Below, piece after piece: positions 34,501-43,400 of a DNA stretch of 45,986 bases. Position 1 is the stretch's first letter; each line of letters begins with the position of its first letter. The notes below the pieces were generated by a model, which worked only from the letters and a program-made list of their open reading frames with translations, ran no database searches and was not told the DNA's origin. The position numbers and the translations under genes were made by a program. The DNA is taken from positions 1 to 45,986 of the IMG/VR virus record IMGVR_UViG_3300015050_000968; one strand, 5' to 3'. The DNA comes from a virus. Taxonomy: Duplodnaviria > Caudoviricetes.

Positions 34501-37398
34501 CGCCGTGAGCTTGACGACCTCCTCATACATCCGCGAGCCCATGGCTGTGACGCGCTTCGCCGCGGCCTTCTTGTTCAGCGTCTTGCCGTCCGAGCCGCGG
34601 TTGAACGTGTAGGGGACGATCTGATACTTCGGCTCCCACTTCGTCAGTCGGCCCTGCGCGTCCTTCTTCTTCTTGTCGACGGTCACCCCGACGACCTCGA
34701 GGGGCGCCCACCCATCTGTGACCGGGAACGCCAGCTTGTGCTCGCGAACGCGTTCCTCGAGCGCCTTCCTGGTCAGCCCGACGACGTTGGGGTTCTTCGC
34801 GACCGCCTTCTCGATCGCGCTCTTCTCGGCTGCGCTAAGTCGCGATGTCTCGCCAACGACGCGCACCGCACGGTTGCCGGCGAGCCGGTGCTGCTCGACG
34901 CCGCGCGACGCCTTGTCCTCACCCTTCTGCTCGAGCTCGTTCGGCTTGACACCGATCGCGTTGACGATCTGGTCTGGATCGAACACCGCGAAGAACCGGT
35001 CTCCAGAATCTGTGTCTCGGAACACAACACCGTCATGACCCGAGGCCCGCGCCTCTTGGATCTTCACCTGTTCGAAGTCCGGGTTGGCGAACTCGCGCGG
35101 CCCAGCCTCGACCTGCAATGGGTTCTTCAGCGACAGGTAGGCAGGAATCGTCCTAGCGCCGGCCCCTTTCACGATCGCATACTCGTCCGTGTAGTCGGTG
35201 CTGTCCGTAAAGAACGCTGCGTCAAGCCTCTCGCCGGACGACGTCTGGTTGCCATCCGTGCGGAAGGTGTCGAACTTCCTCGTGGTGACGTGGAGCACGC
35301 GGATCGGCTTTCCGCTCTCATCTGCGGCCTTGGTGCCCTGCAGCTTCGCCTTGTCCTCGGGCGCCAGCTGGTCGAGCTCGTCGCCGACCTGCTGCTGCTG
35401 CTTCGCGAACTCGGCTTCCGACTTGACCTCCCAGCCGCGCGCGTCGTGCAGCTGCTGCGGCGTCAGGCCGAGCGCGTTCGCGTGCACGACGATCGCGTTC
35501 CGGTAGTAGCGCGCCTGGACCGCGGCGTCGGACGGCATCTGGCCGGCGGCGACCAGCTGGTCCTTGATCGTCTTCTCGACGGCAGTCGACTCCTCGCGCA
35601 CGATGTCGAACGCTTCGCCGGCCTTGGCCAGGATCTCCTCGGCCTGCTTCGCCTGCTCGGCGCGCATCTCGGGCGAGTTGGCTTCCTCCTCCATCACCGA
35701 CGTGCCGCCTGGGTCGAGGCGCGCATACGGCACCAGGGCCTTGCCGAACGTGGTCGTGAGGAACTTCGCGCCGAATCCCGCGGTGGGGATCTCGACGTCG
35801 CCGGTCTCGCCGGCGTCCTTCAGCCGCGCGGCGACCTGTGGCGCCAGCTTCTGCAGCTGCTCCATCGACATGCCCGAGCTCTTCAGCAGCTTCAGGAAGT
35901 CGGCCGTCGGCACGTAGACGGTGCTCGCATCCTCGGCGCTCTTGGCGAGCTGCTCGAGGAACCGCAGGTGCATGTCGGGGTTCCGCTTGTTGACCTTCGA
36001 CTCGTCGACGTTCTTACCGAGGTTCTCCATCCACTTGCCGTCGAACTCGGCGCGCTTCGCACGCATCGCGTTGGCGCGCATCTCGAACAGCGGACCCGGC
36101 AGCTGGATCAGGGCCATGCCGCGCAGCGTCTCCGACGTGATCGATGCCAGCCGATCCCACAGCCCTTCGCGGCCCTCGATTGACAGCTTCGACGGGTCGA
36201 TCTTGCCCTGCTCGTTGATGGCACCTGCCTCGCCCAGGTAGGTGGAGATCTCCTGCCCGATCTCGGTGCTCAGCTCGCCCAGGTTACTGAGCGTATACTT
36301 CCTCGCCGCCTTCCACGCGGCCTTGGTGATCGTCGGAGTGACCAGCATGTCGGTCGCCATCTCCTTCGTCAGCCGCTTGACGATCTCCTTGCGGAACGGC
36401 TGCGTCAGGATGCCACCCGACACCGCCTCGAGGATGCCGTTGACGAAGCCGACGCCGCCAGCCCACCGCTTCGCGGTCTCGTGGTCGACGCCCATGCTGA
36501 TCATCGAGCCGTAGGCGCCGCCGGCTTCGCGCCGCGCCGACATCACCCCGAGCGTGCCAAAGAACGCAGCACCCGACATCGCGGGCACCGACACGAGCTC
36601 TTCGGGGATGAACGCTTGCGGACCCGCGGAGCCAAGAGCCAGGGCCGTGGCACCACCAGCGGCGCCGGCGCCCAGCGACCAGAGCATGGACGACTCCATG
36701 CCGGCTTCCATCTTCACGCCGGCGTAGACCAGCCCTTCGAAGAAGCCGCCGATGTCGGTCGACGACGGCAGCTCGTTCAGCTTGGTGGTCAGGTCAGTGA
36801 TCCGCGCGCGGTCCTCGTCGCTGGCCGCGCCGATGCGGACCTTCTCCCACAGCAGCGCCTGCTCTTCCTCGAGCTTGCCGGCACTGCGCTGGGCCCAGAT
36901 CATCTCGCCGAACGTCAGGTTCTTCAGGTCGTCCATCGCGATCTTCGCGAACGCTGGGTCGAGCATCGCGCGCATGCTCATCGCGGAGCCGCTCGAGCTC
37001 TTGTAGGTGTCGACCTGACGGCGGTTCCACAGCTCCCTCGCGGCGTCCATGTCGTATTCGACGACGCTGTCCGGCAGGTTGAGATCGAACCCCATCCGCT
37101 GCGCTTCGGCCGCTAGCTCGGGGTCGACCTTCGAGACCATCATCATCGAGTTGGCCAGCTGCTGGTCGAAGAGCTTCTGGTCCGCGTTGCGCCGCGCTTC
37201 GAGCAGCGCGACTGACGGCGAGACGCCTGACCTCATCGACGGGACTGCCGGCGCCTTGGGCGGGCCTACGAAGGCCGATGGACCGATCCCGGTCGGTGGC
37301 GCTGCCGCAGCACCGACGGTGACGCGCGGGTCCTGGAACGGAACGCCCGGCTCTTGAGCGTCCATCGAGGGATCTTGCATCTGGTTGTCTTCGATCAT
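28531..37398 (-). CDS. Giant internal virion/ejection protein (gp16-like), polyvalent (about 2955 aa)
   Basis: Last of three ejection genes; ATGA-coupled start; ART-like, glycosylase-like and HEMGH modules; hydrophobic helices near both ends. Confidence 0.88.
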   Translation of the reverse strand: MIEDNQMQDPSMDAQEPGVPFQDPRVTVGAAAAPPTGIGPSAFVGPPKAPAVPSMRSGVSPSVALLEARRNADQKLFDQQLANSMMMVSKVDPELAAEAQRMGFDLNLPDSVVEYDMDAARELWNRRQVDTYKSSSGSAMSMRAMLDPAFAKIAMDDLKNLTFGEMIWAQRSAGKLEEEQALLWEKVRIGAASDEDRARITDLTTKLNELPSSTDIGGFFEGLVYAGVKMEAGMESSMLWSLGAGAAGGATALALGSAGPQAFIPEELVSVPAMSGAAFFGTLGVMSARREAGGAYGSMISMGVDHETAKRWAGGVGFVNGILEAVSGGILTQPFRKEIVKRLTKEMATDMLVTPTITKAAWKAARKYTLSNLGELSTEIGQEISTYLGEAGAINEQGKIDPSKLSIEGREGLWDRLASITSETLRGMALIQLPGPLFEMRANAMRAKRAEFDGKWMENLGKNVDESKVNKRNPDMHLRFLEQLAKSAEDASTVYVPTADFLKLLKSSGMSMEQLQKLAPQVAARLKDAGETGDVEIPTAGFGAKFLTTTFGKALVPYARLDPGGTSVMEEEANSPEMRAEQAKQAEEILAKAGEAFDIVREESTAVEKTIKDQLVAAGQMPSDAAVQARYYRNAIVVHANALGLTPQQLHDARGWEVKSEAEFAKQQQQVGDELDQLAPEDKAKLQGTKAADESGKPIRVLHVTTRKFDTFRTDGNQTSSGERLDAAFFTDSTDYTDEYAIVKGAGARTIPAYLSLKNPLQVEAGPREFANPDFEQVKIQEARASGHDGVVFRDTDSGDRFFAVFDPDQIVNAIGVKPNELEQKGEDKASRGVEQHRLAGNRAVRVVGETSRLSAAEKSAIEKAVAKNPNVVGLTRKALEERVREHKLAFPVTDGWAPLEVVGVTVDKKKKDAQGRLTKWEPKYQIVPYTFNRGSDGKTLNKKAAAKRVTAMGSRMYEEVVKLTARAAGGDVEASKILRQAGWYREMRTRLRHEFGGLGDLFADLLGAMSPNTPVRENWAYAVDVLRRATKGDFDEMIPQWESWAQKVQDLELAAEAWFNEQVAAGRTKKSIASSPDGKAKLAELKAARELPDDLIPIKEPVGKQKVGAKYGFNGRNGVRALLDLWRVVKKENPDIKRGATAPKALNFSGNLIGFRQRATIDVWAARLLQRIAGDERVPVLAESGVGGSMLPSGETTGDFRFGQDVFSEAVRLIKADPDLASNKLLAQINDDDLQAIVWFLEKEVWTQHSWTSAAGEGGSFELEADLTGQTSVDAVKELRRIIDSSKSTAAEKKTATAELKKLERTVDRFIGMVSQQQSAFTQGVDFVPTDADQARLQERLHTAILEDPDKRVVASKVTSTQGLYGDPERAIDLEVITREGYDPAPLWQQLLTEALRADQDAVAMSRVLRHDEQIDYRVHRPGVEVYFRAGGTMEQVQPMLDALKAAGVQGYTVITDARRNPSSTGGAMPSVVGVRFQFSPEMEERWGGGWAGLTEEEIAAKVQQRGDEMHAQADAISKSVPGVSLAKAFWYDTKWAFRHQYEEQIHGLANRRTEASDRDAGSQDGWRGEPVSAGVASAAVRRGEAERAAAERAAGAERPAGERAAAADDVGVRQAAQLNSPARLGRYLPDIRTALLSPDANPTTVMHEMGHHFFIMLLDLTNEGLATPQMRADVDTLLSWFKLDGATPEERLATWNGMSFKAQAPFHEQVTYNFEDYLFTGKAPTAALAKVFAKIRAWMVAAYTSIRTELNAIYRREFGRDLPGLTPEVRMVFDRLVASTEAVNVAEASRSMAPLFTTVADFLAAGYTQDQWDEYQEVLAEAHELAITDLTKASLKQMKWLTGARSRVAKQMQKEAAAQRAKVEKVVRAEVEGEMVYVVQDILRTSNAAGKLSQDAVVALLAHLPAEEQKAAMAKLGTGRRGVMSKTGMPLDLAAEQAGLTGQELVEQMIAAKPIEEEVQLRTSARAVTQFGELGSKEQIDAAVEEALHNEARARFVAVELGFLEKSELPYRVMLSAARDSAQRILLQRKLHEISPSKFAQAEARAARETAAAMKPKPATTNAKTGVKTEGRKTGDAKAALEAKRRQMLNNQLASEAVLVREEVRKAVGRFSQLNRSDERLAKMGDAGLLQAARMLLAQYGLISLRASERTADYMALVQQHDPELFALLRPQLEKAVGEGAKLGMRAGGLRDFQDMTLTEFRALADAVDALVWRAKRQHEVDANGVRVRVEAAVNTLVAELNKKADLTKALPGETQAKSAWQKFKGRLLGSKANLIRVEHFMRAMDGDKQGNFLKLLFNGVRQAVDASRADAAVYTRELVELVAQLRKDGLLKDGEINAPEFGYKFGSGTKGNGMAEIVGMLLHLGNPGNKSKFFVAGRGPLNPWASIDADGEIDYTKWNDFRDRMIKDGKLVQAHFDFAQKVWNLMERMKPLLQDAHREIHGRLFREVAAESFSVTFADGTTKEYAGGYVPATRDSELLPPNELNQSVEQLSQDFHEGLPKAPEGFLKERAAAYRKRPLAMDINQIGAHIDQAIRFAHVQPAVNDVLKILGNEKFAGAMNRYDPEVIRSLMIPFLHRALRQSLYTKGMDPAIDHFWKLVRRNTGVAIMFANPVNALQQLTGISASLRYVPARHLRNGLATYMSQRSAAVDEIVRASKFMTDRMDNQMLGLTQDLRELLLDTSKTAKLQEWVGRKAYFFQSAAQNQVDIVTWLGARQQALEQGMDADAAVVEADSIVRLAQGSFNPEDVAGYDVGTPFYRSWTQFTSYFNGVLNSIMHAEGQRLRTTIVMFTIPMIISQAIAMTLWGQWDDEDDDGHWDTTYDLLLGSQLSGAAAFVPVWGPTTLGMVQTIFSDRPMGDKVAASPAMVTLARSVNGLLSAIAAAARDDREMSGKKVRDALTAIVLMVPGGGVITPAIRPASYLTDVATGKVKPTGPIDLLRGMITGKASEASK
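32538..32756 (-). CDS. Nested out-of-frame small gene (72 aa) inside the giant ejection protein
   Basis: GAGGA SD at 32765-32769, 8 nt before the ATG; 7 of 72 codons end in A/T versus about 44 of 72 in the host frame (hand count). Confidence 0.7.
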   Translation of the reverse strand: MVSQIDELKRVIAMLEAKTVGEESPYLQGLRAQLSDAEKRSERQQSGQLAPSDQPGNEPQRLMMSVFDKLPS

Positions 37399-39737
37399 CG
37401 CTTGCCCTTCCACTCGCTGCGGTTCTGCTTCTGGCGCCGGGCTTCTTCAGCCTTCGATTCTCGAGCCTCGCGCATCTTCTCGGTCTCCGGCTCTGGGCCG
37501 ATCTCGACCGGCACCCAGTCAGCTGGCCGGTCCTCGGACTGGGCCCTGTCGGAGTGCTTGAACCAGTAGGTGTTCGGAGTGTTCCGCATGACGTTCCACG
37601 TCGTCGCGACGAAACCCTCTGGGGCCTCGACGGCGCGGACGCCGTAGGCTTCGAACAGCTGGTCGATGGCAGCCCGGTTGGCGCTGCCCTCTCCAGGATC
37701 CAGGTTCATGTAGAGCTCGTTCGCCATGGCCCTTTGCGATGCCGGGATCGACATCAGCCTGTGGCTGTCGTTCATCAGGTTCCTGGCCGGGGCCGGGATG
37801 CTGGCGAGGTTGACCTCGGTGCCGGACGCCTTGTCAGTCACCATGAACTTCTGGCGATCCTCCTCGGTCTTCAGAGCCCACGACGGCAGGTGCTGGTCGC
37901 TGGAGAGGTAGCCGCTCGGCACTCGCCCCCACGACGTGGCCATCGCCGCAGCCTCCTTCATGATCTCCTCGGTCGACAGTTCGGCCCCCTTCCTGGCCGG
38001 GTCGGCCTGGGCCTTGTTCACTCGTTCCTGGAGCTCTCGGTAGAACTCGCTGAGTAGCCCAGCCTCTGCATCGCTGTCGGGGAGGTAGCTCGGCGGCCCA
38101 CCGCCGCTGTAGGAGATCTTGGTGATGTAGTGCATGTCGAAAGCCAGCTTCTGCAGCTGCTTGTCGACCGAGTAGAGCGCGTCGTCCTTCGGCCGCTTGA
38201 CCACCGGCTTTTGGTTGGCCACCTCGAGCTTGTGCTGAGCCTCGTTCCAGTCAGTGCTGCTGAGCCCGGCGTAGTAGCGGTTGAACAGCTCCGTCTCCGT
38301 CATGCCGACGAGCGCACCGCGCTGGTTGTCGTGCAGCATCTGGTAGTAGGTGGCCGAGTCCGTGACCCGACCGCCAGTCTTCGCGCGGGCTGATGCAATC
38401 CGATCAGCGTTGTCGAGCTGACCGAACTCGATCAGTCGGTCCCTGAGAGCTCGAGGGAACGACGGTGAGTCGATCGATGTCACGCTCGGGTTGTTGGCTA
38501 GGAACTTCTCGCCCTCGAGCAGGACCTTCTGAGCATTGCCGTTCCACTCAGCAACCAGGATTGAGTGCTGCTCGCGGACGTTCGCGAGAGCCATCGAGTA
38601 GGTCTTCGAATCGATCTTGCCTTCGCGGAACCGATACTTCAGCTCGGCCTCAGCGCGCACGACCATCGTCGTGGTGTTGAGCGTGCCTTGCGCCGCGGGG
38701 CGTGAGCTGGCGTATGCCAGCTCCTGGCCCATCGCCTCAAGGCCGGTAGCCGGCCCCGTCTCGGGGTTGTCCACCTTGGTGGTCAGCCCGTCGAGGATCT
38801 CCATCGACAGCCGCAGCGCATCGTCGGCGCGCGTCTCGCCCTCGATCGCCTTGTTGATCTTCCCCATCACCGTGCTGTCGATCTCCTTGCCGGGGATCTT
38901 CGACGCGTAGTCCTTGGCCTCCTTGAGACGGTCGCCGTCGATCAGTCGCTCCACGATCGTGGCGTGCAGCTGCGTCGTGGTGGCCTTCACCATCGCGGCG
39001 CGCTGCGGGTCGTCCGGCCCAAGACCCTTGATGTCGGCCTTCGCGTTGGTCTGGTCGATCGCGGTGTTGCGGAAGGTCTCGTAGCTGGGCCCCTTGCCAG
39101 CTGGGGCGGGGATCTGACCGGGCTCCTGGTTCTGGGGGTTCGACGCGTCGGCGCGCAGCTGGGCGCCCGCGACCACGACGGCGTGCTCCTCTTCCTTGCC
39201 GGCCGGCGGCTTCCGCATGAACGCGTCGGCGGCGTCGTCGATGGACTGCTGCTCGAGCGCCTGGGCCTGCCCGTAGTTCCACTCGGCCATGGCGCCAGCC
39301 TCGTGGCTGTAGACCGTCTCCTTCACGCCGATCATGTGACGCGCGGCGGCTTCGCGGAAGATGCCCCGCTGGGTCTCGTTGTCGAGACCCTCCTCATACT
39401 CCTTCCGCTTCGCCTCGATCTGGTTCAGGGCGGCCTCGCGGGACTGGCCGACAGCCGACTTGCCGACCTTGTTCAGGTAGCCGTCGTGCGAGTTGCGTAG
39501 CACGCCGCTCGAGGCGTCGGCCCACTGGGTGTAGCTCTCCTTGGTGCGAGCTTCGTCGACCTGATCCTGCAGGGTGGTGGCGACCGCCGCGATGGCGGTG
39601 CCTGCCGACTCCATGGCTGCCCCGAGCTGGCCGATCTGCCTGCCGGCCACATCACCCTGGGGCGAAGTGCCTGGGGCGCTGTAGCCGGGCGTGGAGCCGG
39701 TCTGGAGGCTGACCGTCGGGAGCGGAATGCGTGGCAT
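37395..39737 (-). CDS. Internal virion protein B (gp15-like ejection protein, 780 aa)
   Basis: MPRIP...N-terminus, helical Ala/Gln/Glu-rich; synteny. Confidence 0.75.
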   Translation of the reverse strand: MPRIPLPTVSLQTGSTPGYSAPGTSPQGDVAGRQIGQLGAAMESAGTAIAAVATTLQDQVDEARTKESYTQWADASSGVLRNSHDGYLNKVGKSAVGQSREAALNQIEAKRKEYEEGLDNETQRGIFREAAARHMIGVKETVYSHEAGAMAEWNYGQAQALEQQSIDDAADAFMRKPPAGKEEEHAVVVAGAQLRADASNPQNQEPGQIPAPAGKGPSYETFRNTAIDQTNAKADIKGLGPDDPQRAAMVKATTTQLHATIVERLIDGDRLKEAKDYASKIPGKEIDSTVMGKINKAIEGETRADDALRLSMEILDGLTTKVDNPETGPATGLEAMGQELAYASSRPAAQGTLNTTTMVVRAEAELKYRFREGKIDSKTYSMALANVREQHSILVAEWNGNAQKVLLEGEKFLANNPSVTSIDSPSFPRALRDRLIEFGQLDNADRIASARAKTGGRVTDSATYYQMLHDNQRGALVGMTETELFNRYYAGLSSTDWNEAQHKLEVANQKPVVKRPKDDALYSVDKQLQKLAFDMHYITKISYSGGGPPSYLPDSDAEAGLLSEFYRELQERVNKAQADPARKGAELSTEEIMKEAAAMATSWGRVPSGYLSSDQHLPSWALKTEEDRQKFMVTDKASGTEVNLASIPAPARNLMNDSHRLMSIPASQRAMANELYMNLDPGEGSANRAAIDQLFEAYGVRAVEAPEGFVATTWNVMRNTPNTYWFKHSDRAQSEDRPADWVPVEIGPEPETEKMREARESKAEEARRQKQNRSEWKGKR

Positions 39738-40420
39738 CAGGAACGTCCTCGTTGGTATCTGGCGCTCGAGCGCTCATCGACGGCCCACTGGCGCGCGACC
39801 GTGCCGGCCGAGCCGACCAAGCTGGAGCCGGCCGTGGCCCATGGCGAGATCGCCTTGGCGGTCGCCCGCGCGTTCTTTGCCGAGACCCCGGCCATCCGAC
39901 CCTGGTTCTGGTAGTCGACCGCCCGCATCCGCGCGGTGTTGGCGGCGCGCACGGCGTTGGCGTTGATGCCGATCATGTCAGCCTCCTTGGCGTAGGAGAT
40001 GCTGGTCTGGACCTCAGCGGCCGATCCCACGCCCGCCTGGATGCCCCCAGCTGCGGTCGCGGTGGCCATGCTGGCCTTGGCAGCCCGATACTGCAATCCG
40101 AGCTTGCCGGCCTCACGTTGCCCCGCAGCGAGCTCCAGGACAGCGTCCTGCTCGGCGGCGCGGGCGTTGATCCCGGCCATGGTCTGGGCGAACTCGAGGT
40201 CGAGCGCCTGCGACTTCAGCTGGTATTGGTTCGACTTGGCCGAGTAGTAGCCGCCGACCGCCGAGTTGATGGCGCCGGCGACGGCCATGACGTTGCCGAA
40301 CGACTGCATGCCGGAGTAGCCGGAAGCTGTGCCAGACGGCGCGTTCGCCCCGCTGGCTGGGCTCATCGGCTTGCCCCACATCGAGGGTGGCGCGGACAGG
40401 TAGCTGCTGAACTCACCCAT
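39737..40420 (-). CDS. Internal virion protein A (gp14-like, 227 aa)
   Basis: Gly/Ala-rich; AAGGIQAGVGSA.EV...I..NA pattern; follows the nozzle gene. Confidence 0.8.
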   Translation of the reverse strand: MGEFSSYLSAPPSMWGKPMSPASGANAPSGTASGYSGMQSFGNVMAVAGAINSAVGGYYSAKSNQYQLKSQALDLEFAQTMAGINARAAEQDAVLELAAGQREAGKLGLQYRAAKASMATATAAGGIQAGVGSAAEVQTSISYAKEADMIGINANAVRAANTARMRAVDYQNQGRMAGVSAKNARATAKAISPWATAGSSLVGSAGTVARQWAVDERSSARYQRGRS

Positions 40421-40423
40421 GGA

Positions 40424-43400
40424 CTAGCCTCCGGTTGCGACTTCGATCGTGAGCCCGGCAACCGTCAGCGGCAGCGGGTTGGATTGTCGAATGTAGATCT
40501 GACCCTCGTCGGACCACGCGGCTGGGAGCATAACCTCGACGAGCGCGGTAAGTAGCTGTCCTGCAGATGGTCGCGGCGCGGTGACGAAGTTGGTCGACGT
40601 CGGCCCAGCCTGGAAGGCCCCGCTCGCCAGCACGCGCAGCCAGATCGAGTTGATGTTCTTCGTCTTGCCGGAGCCGAACGCGTCGACCTGCATGGCCATC
40701 GGCATCGTCTGCACCTCGGTCACGAACGGCAGCCCGTAGTGCACTTTGGTCGCCGCGGTCGGGATCGTCAGCACGCCAGCACCGCTGACCGTCGCCGACC
40801 CGGCGATGCCGTCAGCCAGGAACGACACTGTCTCGCCGGCGAGGTGCGGCGCCTGCAGGGTCGTCGTGGCAGCGCCACTGTAGGTCACGCCGCAGTCGAC
40901 GTAGAAGCAGTCCGCGATCACCTGCTCGGCCTGCGCTGCGAGCCGCTCGACGTATCGCTTCACACCCCTCTTCACAGCGACGTAGATCCGGTCCTCGGTG
41001 TCCTCGGGGACCGAGCAGACGCTCTCGAACGTGCCGTCGGTGACGTGCTGGTGCCATGCGCCGACGCGCTCTTCGGGCACGTAGGTCAGGCCGAGCAGCT
41101 TCCCATTCGACGACGGGAACCAGAGCACCGGCACCGGCGCCTTCTGGTAGGCGATGCGCGACACGCTGAGACCGTCGAACAGGTGCCGAGCGCGCAGCGA
41201 CAGGTCGCCAGCCAGATACCCCGAGACGTCCTGCGAGTAGCCGAGCTCGCGAACGTGCCCGCCGCGGTCGGCCGCAAAGACGACCGTGCTGTTGACGATC
41301 GCCGGCTGCACGGAGCTCGAGCCGACGTAGCTCTGGGGGCGAACGCTGACCGACGACGGGGTCAGGGCGTCGTCGTTCACCGGTGTGACGCGCAGCTCGC
41401 TCGAGCTCGTCATCAGCATCAGGTGCGACAGCGGAACCATGTGCCTGACCACCGCGGCATCGCGCGTCGCCACCCTGAACAGAATGCGGTCGCTGTCGAC
41501 CGTGGGGATCGAGTAGCTCAGGTCCGACTCGGTGCCGCTCGCGGTCATCCAAACGTCCTGCGGCCGCGACAGCGAACCTGCGAGGCAGCGACGCTGCTCG
41601 AAGTAGGCGACAGCACCAGGGAAGAAGCCAGAGCGGTAGGTGGTGATGCCCGCGGGCGTCAAGCTGAACGAGTCGTATGGCGTCCCGAACGGCGTCGTCG
41701 ACACCTTGAAGGTGTCAGTGCCAGCACCGCTGACGTAGTAGGTCGTGCCCTCGACGATCTGGGTTGGCAAGCCGAGCCCGTAGGTGGAGCCGCAGTTGGT
41801 GCCGAAGACGATCGGCATACCGTTCTCGAGACCGTGCCCAGCCGCAGTGCACAAGCCGGTTGCCTGGGTCAGGACCACGACGCCTTCCTTGAGCAGCTCG
41901 GCCCCGACGATCGGCGGCGCGATCGACAGGTCGGGCGTGATGTTGTCGTCGGTGAACGACGCCGTCGTCGTCTCGCCGATCAGGCCGAACACGCCGATGC
42001 TCTTCTTGTAGATGCGGTAGCGGTTCGCACCTCGAGCATCCGTCCACGTCAGCGGGTTGTAGGCGCCCTGCACGTAGAGGTTGTTGGTGACGGTGATCTG
42101 GCCCGAGGCACCCGACTCTACGCCGGCTTCATCGATCGACGTCACCACGTAGTAGTTGGTGGTGTCCACGACCGACAGCGACGGCTGCATGTAGCCGGGC
42201 CCATCGACCTGGGTCGGCGTGACAATCGCCCCAGTCGTCAGGTCCTCAAGGTAGACGCGCGTCGCGTTCGGAGCCGTGCTCTCGGCGATGCGGTAGTGGC
42301 CGGTGTTGTAGGCCAGTGAAACCCCGTAGACGTAGACCGTCTCGCCACCGCTGAACAGGTGGTTGCCAACCGTGTCGGTGTCCGCGCCCAAGTTGGTGAT
42401 GTTGATCTGGTAAGCCTCGCCGCGGAACGGCGACGAGCACGCGAGACCCTGGGGCGGGTCGACATCGGATCGAAACGGCACCTGCTCGAGCCGCCAGTTG
42501 GTGTTCGACAACCGGCGCAGCTCGGCGAACGGCTTGTGCTGCGATGCGAGCGACATCACGTCGTTGCTCTGGGCGTTCCCCAGCGCCGCAATTTCCGTCT
42601 CCGAGTAATCGTGCGGCACCTCGTAGAACGAGTTGGCGAACGCGGTGACCGAGGCTCCGTTCGTTGTCAGGTCGATGAGCACGCCGAACGGTGCCGCCGA
42701 CACGTAGAAGGTGTTGGCGTCGACCTTGATCACATAGTAGACGGTGCCGCTCACCAGTGGGTCGGGCATCGTCCCAGTGGTGGTGAAGATGATCGGGTCA
42801 CCGCTCGCCAGACCGTGCGTGGCCCAGGTGATGAGGTTGGTCCCGGCGTCGGCCGTGACCGAGCTGTAAGAGCCCGAGATCTGGGTCCAGTAGTTCAGGA
42901 ACGCAGGCGGGTTGTGGCCCAGGTAGTCGTCGTTGTAGCAGTAGCCCTCGCGTCCCTTCGTGATCCACGGTCGCTTCCTGCAGACGTGAGGTCCGGTGCC
43001 CGTCACGTAGACGAGGTTGCCCGACTCGTAGGCATACTGCATGCGGAAGCTGCCGGTGCCGATCTTGTCGAACGTCTTCGCCCCGTAGTTGGTGATCGCC
43101 TCGACCTCGCTGTTGTGCAGCGCCACGGTCGACCCGCCGGTGTCTCTCGCGTAGTAGACGGTGCCGAGCTTGAGCGATCCGGTGGCGATGGTCGGGTAGA
43201 CCGCTGTCACCAGGGAGGCACCACCGATGTTCGAGATGAGGAACGCGCTGCCACCGGGAGACTCGCTGATCGTGAAGTATGTCGTCGTCACCGAGGCGAC
43301 GTAGTAGATGCGGTAGGCCTCGAGTGTCAGTGCCACGCCGTCGATCGTGCCGGATGGCATGCTGTGAGCGGGGTTGGTGACGTTGAAGAGCACCTGCGCG

